A stretch of DNA of 60,723 bases, taken from a virus. Taxonomy: Duplodnaviria > Caudoviricetes. The notes under the pieces were generated by a model, which did not search any database, had not been told where the DNA came from, and saw only the letters and a program-made list of their open reading frames with translations. Of this stretch, positions 47,320 through 56,512 are shown one piece after another; within the stretch, counting starts at the first letter, position 1, and every line of letters starts with the position of its first letter. Location: positions 1-60,723 of the IMG/VR virus record IMGVR_UViG_3300027743_000005; one strand, written 5' to 3'. The translations under genes and the position numbers were made by a program.

Positions 47320-47499
47320 CGGCTGGCCTCACAGTCCCGGCAGATGCCGAGTTGGACGGTTCCTGGTGACGGACGGGTAACAGATACAAGCCGCACTCGC
47401 CGACAGCGGGTGCAATAGCCGATGATCATCATTGCGGAGTGTCCTCTCCGTGGTAGTGGGCGGGCCGGGACGCGTGGGGCGTCCCGGCCCGATTGCTGG

Positions 47500-47916
47500 C
47501 TAGAAGGGTTCCTCCTCTGTTAGTTGGGTGTCCGGTCGGAGCGCTTCAACGAAGCGACCGAACAGCGACCAGTTCGGCTCCTTCCCCTGCCGAGCCTTCT
47601 CGGCGGCGTAGGAGCGCATGGCGATCTGGATGCCCTGCTCGAAGGTCGGCAGGTCGTGCTCGTGTGAGTAGTCGATGGCCGTGCCCATGTCGCGGCGTCG
47701 AGCCGCCAGCAGTGACTGGTACTCCTTGACGATGACGGCGAGGTTCGGGTGGCCGCCACGGTCCCAGTTCAGGATGACGTTGCGGACGGCCTGCGCGCCG
47801 ATGTCCGTGTCCATGCGCATCAGTTCGCTGGTGAACAGGTCAATCGCTTCCGCGGTCCAGAGCGATGTCGCCGCGACGAGCACGGTCATCAGGTCGCTGG
47901 CGTGGTCCCGATCCAT
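47500..47916 (-). CDS. Putative helicase loader-like protein downstream of the initiator
   Basis: Position after rep; AV.......P.LA.I pattern; SD GAAGGGAAC. Confidence 0.5.
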   Translation of the reverse strand: MDRDHASDLMTVLVAATSLWTAEAIDLFTSELMRMDTDIGAQAVRNVILNWDRGGHPNLAVIVKEYQSLLAARRRDMGTAIDYSHEHDLPTFEQGIQIAMRSYAAEKARQGKEPNWSLFGRFVEALRPDTQLTEEEPF

Positions 47917-48700
47917 TGGCGTTCCCTTCGGTCGTGTCGATGACAACCCGCCGTTCTTGCTCCGCCAGCGCCCGCTGCCGCGCGAGCGCCACCTGTGCCT
48001 CCGTCATTGGCCTTGGCGCCGCCGATGGCATCTGCGCCAGCGCCGCCCATTGGTTCGCGAGGGCGTGCGGCGTCAACGCTGCATCCCGGTACTTGTGGCG
48101 GTAGACCTCAGCCCGCCATGCCACGTCCTCGGGCTGCGCTTTCACCGCCCTCAGCTGCGCGACCGCCACGCCACACGCCCGTCGTTGAACGGGCGTCATC
48201 TCCTCATAGGCCATCCCGCACGCCTCGACCACAGCGTCGAAGAGCGGATTGCGCTCCCGCGGTTTCGCCGCCGCCCGCGTAGATGTTCCGTTAGGAACAT
48301 CTACCTCACTAACAGGAATCACTACAGGACTCTTAAGAGCGCCTGGCGCGCCGACGGTCGGTTCACCGGCGGTCGGTTCACCGGCGCCTGGAAATCCGTC
48401 GTCGGTGGGGGCGGGTAGCTCAGTAACGACCGTGTCGGTGACCCAATGGCCCCCGGCGTCCTGGTAGCGCTGGCGGGTGAGGTAGCCCGCATCCCGCAAT
48501 TCGTTCAGGGCCGTGCGGATGGCATCGCGACCCTCGGCCCGCTCGCCAGCGATCTCTGTGGCGTCGACACGCCAGTAGTCCGGCTTGCTCAGGATGAAGG
48601 TCAGCAACCCGAGGGCACGGAAGCTCAGCTTCGGGTCCTCGATGGTGCTCTTCTCGAACACGAGCCATCGCTCGTGCCGGGGCGCTCGCACAATCGTCAT
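47840..48700 (-). CDS. Replication initiator-like winged-HTH protein
   Basis: IEDPKLSFRALGLLTFILSKPDYW...EGRDAIRTALNELRDAGYL.R. Confidence 0.8.
   Translation of the reverse strand: MTIVRAPRHERWLVFEKSTIEDPKLSFRALGLLTFILSKPDYWRVDATEIAGERAEGRDAIRTALNELRDAGYLTRQRYQDAGGHWVTDTVVTELPAPTDDGFPGAGEPTAGEPTVGAPGALKSPVVIPVSEVDVPNGTSTRAAAKPRERNPLFDAVVEACGMAYEEMTPVQRRACGVAVAQLRAVKAQPEDVAWRAEVYRHKYRDAALTPHALANQWAALAQMPSAAPRPMTEAQVALARQRALAEQERRVVIDTTEGNANGSGPRQRPDDRARRGDIALDRGSD
48279..48385. repeat. Origin-like segment within the initiator gene
   Basis: 11-bp inverted repeat 48279-48304; TCACTA(A)CAGGA x2; palindrome CTCTTAAGAG; 15-bp tandem repeat 48355-48384; locally AT-rich. Confidence 0.6.
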
Positions 48701-48879
48701 CGCGTCAGCCTCCTTCTCGGAGGCGACCCAGCGATACGATGAAGCCCGGAAGTGCCGGGTGTGCGGGCCGCTGGGACGGCTCCTGCTCGGTTCGGTGTCC
48801 CCGGTCCATCCGGGGACACCGGCCTATCTTACTACCGCCCGCGGTGGCGGCGCTCAAATCCGACCACTGAGGGTGGCAG

Positions 48880-49278
48880 ATGCAGCGAGGCGGACCCCTG
48901 AAGCGCACGGGTGGCCTGAAGCGGGGCGCGCCGCTGAAGCGAGGCGATGGCCTGAAGCGCAAGGCCATCAAGGCCAAGCCGTTGAAGCGGGAAGTGCTCG
49001 ATCCCGAGCTGCGCGAGCGCATCCTGCGCCGGGACAAGGTCTGCCAGGCCCACCCTCGCGGTTTCGCCTTGGGCGTGTGCTGCGGAGGACGCCTTCACGT
49101 CCATCATCGGCGCCTCCGCAGCCAGGGCGGGCCGGACACCGAGGAGAACCTGATCGCCGTCTGCACGGTGCATCACCACCATCTCCACAGCGTCGATCGC
49201 GCTGGAGCTGAGCGTGCTGGCCTGGTCATCCGCACCTACCCGCCATTCGACGGCCGCCGCGCGACGGGCTATACTTAG
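48880..49278 (+). CDS. HNH endonuclease
   Basis: RD..CQ...C...HVHHRR.RSQGG....NL...C..HH. Confidence 0.9.
   Translation: MQRGGPLKRTGGLKRGAPLKRGDGLKRKAIKAKPLKREVLDPELRERILRRDKVCQAHPRGFALGVCCGGRLHVHHRRLRSQGGPDTEENLIAVCTVHHHHLHSVDRAGAERAGLVIRTYPPFDGRRATGYT
49246..49275 (+). promoter_or_regulatory. Promoter TTCGAC-N18-TATACT (leaderless start 49282)
   Basis: -10 TATACT 6 nt before ATG; 18-mer shared with 43609-43626. Confidence 0.7.
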
Positions 49279-49281
49279 GGG

Positions 49282-49779
49282 ATGGCTAACGGCCCGACCG
49301 CCGGTGACGAGATGTTCCCCGAGGGGGACCCGCTCGTCGCCTCCGTGGCCGACCTCGTGCAGCGCTACGGCTATGACGCCGTTCGCATCGAGCTTGGCTA
49401 CCACCAGCCCCTGTCCGTCGTCGCCAGCGCGCCAGCGCGCGTCACCGACCCCGAAACCAGCCACGAAGCCGGGCCTCGCTCGGCTGACCTATCCCGCTTC
49501 TCGGCCCACAGCCGTCAGGCGAAGCTCCTGATGGTCATTGCCTCCCAGAACCTCACCGACCAGCAGGCGGCGCTGCGCGTCATGGGGTCCTCCGCCACGC
49601 CCTCGCGACTGGAGGGCTGTCGACGGCGCATGAGCGACCTGCGCGCCGCCGGTTACATCTCTGACACCGGCCTGCGCCGTCACAACGTCGGCTCCGACGA
49701 CGAATCCATCGTGTGGCGCCTGACGCTGGCGGGGGAGAAGGCCCTCGCCAACCTGGCGAACACAGGTTGGAGCCGCTGA
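49282..49779 (+). CDS. Winged-HTH DNA-binding protein
   Basis: AR.TDPETSHEA; RRRMSDLRAAGYISDTG.RR...VW.LT..G. Confidence 0.75.
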   Translation: MANGPTAGDEMFPEGDPLVASVADLVQRYGYDAVRIELGYHQPLSVVASAPARVTDPETSHEAGPRSADLSRFSAHSRQAKLLMVIASQNLTDQQAALRVMGSSATPSRLEGCRRRMSDLRAAGYISDTGLRRHNVGSDDESIVWRLTLAGEKALANLANTGWSR

Positions 49780-50024
49780 TGATCTACGAGCCGATGCCAG
49801 AGGAGGAGCGCGTCCTCGACTCGTCCCAGCGGCGCGTCACCGCCGGGTTGCTCGCTGAGGACGAGCGCCGAGAGGCCATCCGCGCCCTCTACCGGGCGGG
49901 CATGACCCAGCGCGAGTTGGCCGAGCGCATGACCAAGGCCAGTCTGTCCGTAGGTGGCCCGGTGGTCACCGAGAACAGCGTGCAGAAGATCATCATGCGG
50001 CTACGGGTGAAGGAGCGGGTCTGA
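49779..50024 (+). CDS. Small HTH protein
   Basis: RREAIRALYRAGMTQRELAERM. Confidence 0.7.
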   Translation: MIYEPMPEEERVLDSSQRRVTAGLLAEDERREAIRALYRAGMTQRELAERMTKASLSVGGPVVTENSVQKIIMRLRVKERV

Positions 50025-50668
50025 TGGCAGTCCGAATCCATGAATCGCTCCACGGTCTGATGGTCCCCATCGACATGCTGATCCCCTGGCCGGACAACCC
50101 TCGCAGCGGCGACCTGTCGGCGTTGAAGGAGTCCATCCGCAAGAACGGCTACTACCAGCCCGTCGTGGTTCAGCGCTCGACCAAGTACGTCATCGCCGGG
50201 AACCACCGGATGCAGGCCATGCAGGAGTTGGGCGCCGTCGAGATACCGGCGCTGTTCGTGGACGTGGACGACGTGTCGGCCACCCGTCTGGCGCTCGCTG
50301 ACAACCGCACCAGCGACCTCGCTTTCTACGACGACGAGCAGTTGTTCAAGCTGCTCGAGGAGCTGGTCGCCAAGGACTCTCTCGACGGCACCGGCTACGA
50401 CCGCAGCGCCTTCGAGCTTCTGCTGCAAGGCGTGGGCGGAGACAACGTGACCGGCGGCATCCGTCAGGGCCTCATCCCCGGCGAGCGCCTGGACGAGTAC
50501 AACGACCTGGACATTCGCTCGATCATCCTCCCCTACGCCGGTGAGGAGTACGAGGTCGTGGCGACGGCTTTCACGCACATGCGCCAGGCTCTGTTCGTGG
50601 ACACCAACGCCGAGGTCGTGAAGATCCTGCTGACCAAGGCGCTGGAGGAAGTCGACGTTGAGCCATGA
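50024..50668 (+). CDS. ParB/Srx N-terminal domain protein
   Basis: L.PWPDNPR, SI..NG..QPVVV, VIAGNHR, LADNRT. Confidence 0.9.
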   Translation: MAVRIHESLHGLMVPIDMLIPWPDNPRSGDLSALKESIRKNGYYQPVVVQRSTKYVIAGNHRMQAMQELGAVEIPALFVDVDDVSATRLALADNRTSDLAFYDDEQLFKLLEELVAKDSLDGTGYDRSAFELLLQGVGGDNVTGGIRQGLIPGERLDEYNDLDIRSIILPYAGEEYEVVATAFTHMRQALFVDTNAEVVKILLTKALEEVDVEP

Positions 50669-51080
50669 TCCCCTGCGACGTGACGGTGTGCCCCAACGAC
50701 GCCGAGTGGGCCTTCATCGGCGAGGGTGGCGACCTCTACCTGTGCGACGACCACTTCGACTTCAACGTCGGGGACTCATCCCACTGGCGCCCTATCCCCC
50801 GCGAGGAACCGGCGTGACGACCTTCCTCATCGTCGCCCAATACCAGCACGCGCTGGAGTGGTGCCGCGAGCAGGACCCGCCTCGCAACCCGCGCGCCCGC
50901 GACCTCGTCATCATCTCGGTGGACAGCAACGACGCCACGTTCCGGCTGCGGGGCCGCAGGATGCAAGACGGCGATGAGGTCGTCGAGCACGTGATCTACA
51001 GCCATCTGTCGCAGCGTGGCTGGGAGACGCTCGGCGCCGTCGAGCACGAACTGGACATGATGCGGAGGTTCAGCGTCTGA
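50665..51080 (+). CDS. Two small hypothetical genes (50665-50817, 50814-51080)
   Basis: ATGA, GTGA and TGATG overlaps. Confidence 0.55.
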
Positions 51081-52096
51081 TGCAGCGCCTGCAATCGTCC
51101 ATCGAGCGGGTCACGTTGAAGCGCGGCGTGCCGATGACGCCGTGTACCTACGCCGTCGACACCAGCGAGCGGTGGGCCGGGACACTGGCGACGTGCGGAG
51201 CGATGATCCCGCACCGTCCCAAGCACCCCTGCCCGGAGTGCGGCCAGCACCAGATCAACGCCCACGCCCCTGACCCGCCCGAGGGAGCGCTCATCTTCGA
51301 CCGCGACGTCGCCATCGTGGACGCTGCCTCCAAGCAGGTCGTCGGGGTCTACGTCACGTGCGCCCACGACATCGCCACCAACCTCGCCGCCGACCTGCGT
51401 CAGGTCGACTTCGACTCGGCGCCGTTCATGCGAAGCCCGTCGACCGCGGCGCGCCTCAGCGGCATCTCGGCGGCCAGCCGGACGTTCGGCTACCAGCCCC
51501 CGGTGCCCATGCGTCGCCGCTACGGCTGCTCGCGCTCGCAGTTCAACGCCCAGCACCCCGCCGCCGCCGAACACCTGGCGGAGTTCTGCCGGGTGGCCGA
51601 GCGCGCCATGCGGACCTACGCCGAGGACGTGTACGCCACCACCGCCGATCAGGTCCGCAAGGCGATCCCCAGCGCCTGGCTCATCGCCGGGACGCCGTGG
51701 TCGAGCGGGATCATCAACAAGACGGCCTCGCTGCCCTACCACACCGACAAGGCGAACATTCCGATGTCGTGGTCAGCCATGCTCGGCGCTCGACGCAACA
51801 TCGAGGGCGGGCTGCTGCACTTGGCGGACTACGACGCCTGGTTCACCATCAGCCACGGCAGCATCATCATCTTCGACGGCCAGTCGGTGACCCACGGCGT
51901 GAGTCCGCTGCACCCCTCAGGAGCGAACCCCTGGCGCTACACGTGCGTCGTCTACGCCAAGCAGGGCATGAAGGTGTGCTGCGGCGACCCCAAGGAGGAG
52001 GCGAGGCGCGCCGCCCGCGCCGCCACCGACGCCGAGACGCTGCGGATCGGCAACCGCATCACCAAGCGCGGCCCCCGGCAGCGCAAGAAGGGCTAG
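51080..52096 (+). CDS. TET/JBP-like 2OG-Fe(II) dioxygenase
   Basis: TPWSSGIINKT..LPYHTDKAN (HxD), GG.L, FDG....HGVSP, RYTCVVY. Confidence 0.85.
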   Translation: MQRLQSSIERVTLKRGVPMTPCTYAVDTSERWAGTLATCGAMIPHRPKHPCPECGQHQINAHAPDPPEGALIFDRDVAIVDAASKQVVGVYVTCAHDIATNLAADLRQVDFDSAPFMRSPSTAARLSGISAASRTFGYQPPVPMRRRYGCSRSQFNAQHPAAAEHLAEFCRVAERAMRTYAEDVYATTADQVRKAIPSAWLIAGTPWSSGIINKTASLPYHTDKANIPMSWSAMLGARRNIEGGLLHLADYDAWFTISHGSIIIFDGQSVTHGVSPLHPSGANPWRYTCVVYAKQGMKVCCGDPKEEARRAARAATDAETLRIGNRITKRGPRQRKKG

Positions 52097-52614
52097 ACCA
52101 GCTGGCCGAAGGCGAGGAAGAACCCGCCCGGCAGCGAGGTCTGCACCATCAGGTCACCGAACGGCGGCTCGATGTTGGACGTGACCGCTTCGACCCTGAT
52201 GATCTCGTAGGCGCAGGCCACCGAGGGCGACCAAACCTCCAGCCGGTCCCCAGCGTGTAGCTCGGGGATGCGGGCGAAGGGCGAGCCGTGGGTGGAGCGG
52301 TGGGCCGCCAGGTGTAGGTGAGCGCACGGTTCGCCGGTGAAGGAGACCAGACCCTGGTCGATGACGTCCTGCCCACCCCGCACGGCGTTGAACACCCCGA
52401 CAGGCATCGCCACCGTGAAGCTGTCGTCGTGGTGCGGCGCGCGTCGCGCCCTCGCTCCCGCCGCCCCCGGTGCGAGGGCGCGGTGAACGAGGTCGGTCGT
52501 GGTGGGATCGGGCACAACCTTGCGAACGTCGGGCACCCCTGTCGATCGCAGCATCCATGCGACCGCCACGACCAACAGGGCCACCAGCGTCAGAGCGATG
52601 ACGTCACGGAGCAG
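52093..52614 (-). CDS. Membrane-anchored sortase-fold protein, Ser at the catalytic Cys position; start uncertain (CTG 52614 after GAGGAGG)
   Basis: N-terminal TM; LAAHRSTHGSPFARIPELHAGD..EV...YEI; L.VQTSLP aligns to sortase LTLxTCxP. Confidence 0.7.
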   Translation of the reverse strand: MLRDVIALTLVALLVVAVAWMLRSTGVPDVRKVVPDPTTTDLVHRALAPGAAGARARRAPHHDDSFTVAMPVGVFNAVRGGQDVIDQGLVSFTGEPCAHLHLAAHRSTHGSPFARIPELHAGDRLEVWSPSVACAYEIIRVEAVTSNIEPPFGDLMVQTSLPGGFFLAFGQLV

Positions 52615-53803
52615 GCGCGTCCTCCTCGTCGTCGGGTACCCAGAGAACCGGCATGATGGCGAACTCGATGAGGCCGAGCCTGATGCAGACCTCGATGATG
52701 GCGCCCTGCGTGGTGTTGGGCGGGAGGGTTGTCTGCTTGGCGAGACGGATCGCATCCCGCATCATCTCTGGCATCCGGCCGGACCCCGGTCCCTCCATCC
52801 AGAGTTCCTCGCCCGCCCGCGGCCCGTCGACAGTGTGGGTCACGCTCACGTCCTGACTCTCGTCGGCCGTGTCGACGCCCTGCACGACGAGGCAGGTGTG
52901 GACGTTCTGGTCGCCCGCTTCGTGGGCGCGGGCCATGTCGCCGTGGCGCATCGTCTCCGCCGCCTTCCGGCCCTCCTCCTCCTTGTAGTCCCGGGTCCAC
53001 GCCTCAACGATGTTGACGACCAGTTCGGTGTCGCGCCGGAACGACGCCAGGATCATCGCCGTCTCGGCGAAGGCGGGGGCGAGGTCCTGGGATGGGGCCA
53101 TCCGCACGACGAGGTAATCCCTCGGCCCGCAGATGATGAGCATGGGTGATAGCTCGCCGTCCCGCTCGAAGTTCTCGACGGCCCCGGTGAGCAACTTCTC
53201 GATGTGCTCGCGGTGTCGGCTCACGACGCCTTCTTCCGGGCGCGCTTGGCCGGGGCCTTGACCGGCCGCTCGACACCGCCGAGGCGCCTGACCTCGAGCT
53301 CCCGCTTGGCCAGCCAGAAGCGCTTGCTGTCTCGGTCGTCGAAACCCAGGCCCGCTTCCCGGTAGCCGTCGGGGTGCATGTAGCTCCGGCCCAGGAGCTG
53401 ACCGCCACGGTCGTTCACCACGTCCTCGCGGACGCAGTCGCAGCGCTCGCAACGCAGCGTCAGCTGGTTCCCGCCCAGCTTCGGTCGGCGCACGGCGTCG
53501 GCCGCGAACCAGGCATGGCCGATGGTCTGACACGTGATCATGTCGTCAGTGGTGGCCATCGTCGCCGTCCTCGATGATCTCCACGATGTCCTCGACCGGG
53601 ACGGGGAACAGCGTGTCCCGGTCGAACTCTGGGAACCGCACGCCGCACTGCTCTCGGTCGCCGTGCCGGGGCACGTCCCGCTCCTCGTCACTGATCGAGG
53701 CCCGGGTGCCGGGCGCGTAGACCAGCGTGCCGATGTTCCCTTCCCTCGTCCGCACCTTCGCTCGCCGCGCTGCGGCTTTGACCAACTGGACTCTGTCGTA
53801 CAT
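52604..53803 (-). CDS. Three hypothetical genes (52604-53224, 53221-53559, 53546-53803)
   Basis: Coupled overlaps; SD GGAGAGGAACC before 53803. Confidence 0.65.
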
Positions 53804-53864
53804 GGTTCCTCTCCTGATGGGACGGTCCCCCGGTGCGGGCGACACCGGGGGACCGCGATGGTTG

Positions 53865-54245
53865 CTATCGGTGGGAGGGTCTGCCGCGCAGAGGCGGCGT
53901 GAACCTGGCCACGTCCTCTTCCTTGAACACCAGCAGCCCCGACGGAGCGAGTTCGCCCGGGAGGTTGCCTTTGAGGTGCCAATCGTTCACTGTGCGGGGC
54001 GCCACCCCGAATCTCTCCGCCACGTCATCCTTCGTCAGCATCCCAGGCGGGACCACTTTGCCGCTTCCTCGCTTCAGCGCCAGCGCCTCGACTTCAGCCG
54101 TTGGCACGAACAGGTAGGTGCGGTCCCGAAGCCCGGTCAGCTTCCGTTCCTTGACCAGCTGATGGATGCGTTGCCGGGACACGCCCAGCGCGATCGCCGC
54201 ATCCGCAGCCGACATGAGCTTCTTGTCGTGGCGGGGGTTGGTCAT
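53865..54245 (-). CDS. Tandem excisionase-like HTH protein
   Basis: LMSAADAAIALGVSRQRIHQLV..KL and LTKDDVAERFGVAPRTVNDW..GNL. Confidence 0.85.
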   Translation of the reverse strand: MTNPRHDKKLMSAADAAIALGVSRQRIHQLVKERKLTGLRDRTYLFVPTAEVEALALKRGSGKVVPPGMLTKDDVAERFGVAPRTVNDWHLKGNLPGELAPSGLLVFKEEDVARFTPPLRGRPSHR

Positions 54246-54595
54246 GTCTGCCTAACCACCCCCAGATGTTCGAGCACCCAGGGAGGGACGGCGGTGGTCT
54301 CGCCGTTCCCATCGTCGCCGCCGGTCACGACGACCGGCCCGACGAGGCGGTCGCCCGCCTCCATGCAGTGGAACACGTCGACCATCGACCACAGGTCGTT
54401 GGCCCGGTAGTTGAGCGTCAGTCCCTTGCCCTTGCCGTCCTCGTCGCACCACAGCAGGATCGAGGAAGCGCTCGGCGCAACCTCCAGCCAGCCGCCGATC
54501 GCGGCCTTCATCGTGAAGAACTCGGTGTCGGGCAGCACGCTCACGCTGCCGTCGACCGCGATAAGAACCCCTGGAACGGGGGGGAGCTCATTCAT
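54242..54595 (-). CDS. DUF3846-like protein
   Basis: IGGWLEV...LWCDEDGK..GL.LN.RA...LVGPVVVTG. Confidence 0.75.
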   Translation of the reverse strand: MNELPPVPGVLIAVDGSVSVLPDTEFFTMKAAIGGWLEVAPSASSILLWCDEDGKGKGLTLNYRANDLWSMVDVFHCMEAGDRLVGPVVVTGGDDGNGETTAVPPWVLEHLGVVRQT

Positions 54596-54662
54596 CCAGT
54601 ACCTCCTCGGTAGTGCCGGGGCCGCACCGAGCGGGTGGCGCGACCCCGGCGATCTGGTCGTC

Positions 54663-55211
54663 TCAGTCCTGCTGGTTGCGGACCGAGACGGAGAAGTCCT
54701 CGACGTAGTCCAGGCCCTCGGTCTCTTCCACGCTCCTGAGAATGCGGGCGAGGCTGGCGAAGCCATCTTCGAGATAGCCATTGCGCGCCGTCAGCGTGAT
54801 CTCCACGACGAAGGACCGGGTGTCGGTCTGCGTGCAGTGCTGGAGCCACTGGTCCGACGTCTTGGCGTTCACGCCCTCGATCCAGTCTCCGTACTCGCTG
54901 CACCAGTCACGTCGCAGCGCCTCCTCGCGGAGGTCGTCGGCGATGATGGCGAGGTCGCGCCGCAGCCGCTGCTCAGTGCCGCGGAACGCCTCGACCTGAG
55001 CGGCCATCGCATTGAAGCCGGAGCGCATCCGGCGGTAGTCGATCTGCGCCTGTCGAAGCGCCATCCCGATCTCCGAACGGGTGGCCTGATCGCCACCTGC
55101 GTTGGCGGTTTCCCCGGAGTGGTCGTTGAAGACCCAGGACAGCCACGAAGGCACCAGGTCTACGACCGTCTCCAAGACGGCACCGTCGCCGTCAGTGTCC
55201 ACTGTGGTCAT
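54663..55211 (-). CDS. Hypothetical protein (coiled coil; EEA..RDWCSEY)
   Basis: SD GAGAGGAACC; downstream of element E5. Confidence 0.75.
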   Translation of the reverse strand: MTTVDTDGDGAVLETVVDLVPSWLSWVFNDHSGETANAGGDQATRSEIGMALRQAQIDYRRMRSGFNAMAAQVEAFRGTEQRLRRDLAIIADDLREEALRRDWCSEYGDWIEGVNAKTSDQWLQHCTQTDTRSFVVEITLTARNGYLEDGFASLARILRSVEETEGLDYVEDFSVSVRNQQD

Positions 55212-55213
55212 GT

Positions 55214-55283
55214 GGTTCCTCTCTCCTTGCCGAAGCTGGTGTGCCCCGGTCGCGGACGGATGGGATTCGACTCCCACCCGCCC
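55214..55283 (-). promoter_or_regulatory. Minihelix-like leader element E5
   Basis: GGGCGGGUGGGA-GUCGAA-UCCCAUCCGUCC (12 bp, two G-U; 6-nt loop), GCGA, 7-bp hairpin, SD. Confidence 0.75.
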
Positions 55284-55288
55284 CGTAC

Positions 55289-56512
55289 TCATCGGGTGAA
55301 GCTCGTCGCCGAGTGCATCGCTCCGATCGGGCCTTCCTCTGGCCCACGCCAATGGGCCTCGATGTAGACCAGGCGGTGCGTCTCGGGGTTCATCGAGCCG
55401 TCCGGCAGGCGCGCCGGGCCGAGGCTCTTGACGTGGACCCGACGCCAGTGCGGGCGCACCCGCACCCGATGATCGAGCGGCGTGCCCGTCCCCGTTTCGT
55501 GATGCACCGGGTCGTGCTCGCGCCGAAGCTTCAACACCGTGTAGTCGAGCAACGGCTTGCGCTTCGCCAGCCGCTCCCATTGGCGCACCGTGGCGCGCTT
55601 GGGATCGTCGCGGTGGCGGACCACGATCTCCTGCCACATCAGCCGCATGAAGGCCAGGAACCACCGCCGCTGGTAGGCCACCGACGAGGGCAACGTGCCC
55701 GGCCGGTAGCCCACCTCGTTCCGCACGGTCCAGGGCCGCCCGAAGCGCCAGGGGATCACCTCGATCGGCAGCAGTCCCTCGTCGACGGTCACCGGGTCAA
55801 GGTGATCGGTGATGCCGATTGCCTCCAGGTCGGCCATGTTGCCGTGCTCGTAGTCCCAGCCCGTCGTGTAGAAGAACAGGCTCACGCCGTCGCCCACGGT
55901 CTTGTCGGACATGCTCCCCATGCCTGGGTGGACCTGCCACCCCATCGCCCGCACCCACACGTGGAGCCGCTCATCCACCGCCCCCGTCTCCGGGTGAAGA
56001 TCGGTGACGATGAGCGGCTTCTCGAACACGGCGAACCCGCACGGTGTGAACAGGTCGGTGGGCCACAGCATCTCCGGCTCGGCCAGCTCGGCTGCCGAGG
56101 TCACCAGGTCCATCACGTCGCCGCTGACGTAGTGCGACACCGCCCCCGACAGCATCTGGTACTCGCGCTCACACAGGATTGCGCCCTGGAGGACCGACTT
56201 GTCATCGCCGCCGAACTGCTCGATGCCGATGATGGTCGATCCCTCCATCGTCTCGGCCCCGTACCGCAAGGCGAGGCCGACCGCGGGCTTGCCGGTGTCA
56301 TCGGGCAGGCCGTAGCTCGCCGAGAACTTGATCCAGCGCTGCACGTGGACGTTGGTGAAGGCCCGCTTCACATCGCGGATGCTCTCCGAGGGCGTGCCCT
56401 GGTTGACGTTGATGAGCGGGCGCCAGTAGGCCCTGGCTCGCTCGCTCTGCGACCACAGGGCCAGGTGGGCGTCAACGGCAGGGGCGAGACCGGACCACTG
56501 TCCGGCCTTCAC
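55289..56512 (-). CDS. Large hypothetical phage protein with C-terminal VR.HWR...I..HW.GP motif
   Basis: 407-aa ORF with GTGA overlap. Confidence 0.8.
   Translation of the reverse strand: MKAGQWSGLAPAVDAHLALWSQSERARAYWRPLINVNQGTPSESIRDVKRAFTNVHVQRWIKFSASYGLPDDTGKPAVGLALRYGAETMEGSTIIGIEQFGGDDKSVLQGAILCEREYQMLSGAVSHYVSGDVMDLVTSAAELAEPEMLWPTDLFTPCGFAVFEKPLIVTDLHPETGAVDERLHVWVRAMGWQVHPGMGSMSDKTVGDGVSLFFYTTGWDYEHGNMADLEAIGITDHLDPVTVDEGLLPIEVIPWRFGRPWTVRNEVGYRPGTLPSSVAYQRRWFLAFMRLMWQEIVVRHRDDPKRATVRQWERLAKRKPLLDYTVLKLRREHDPVHHETGTGTPLDHRVRVRPHWRRVHVKSLGPARLPDGSMNPETHRLVYIEAHWRGPEEGPIGAMHSATSFTR

Noticed and set aside
48880-49278. HNH as an intron-encoded homing endonuclease
   Set aside because: Free-standing, no interrupted gene or group I core; a short HNH of the packaging-associated type is more likely.
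50024-50668. ParABS plasmid-prophage partition system
   Set aside because: No ParA ATPase or parS array; the context with a TET-like gene suggests the modification-associated ParB type.
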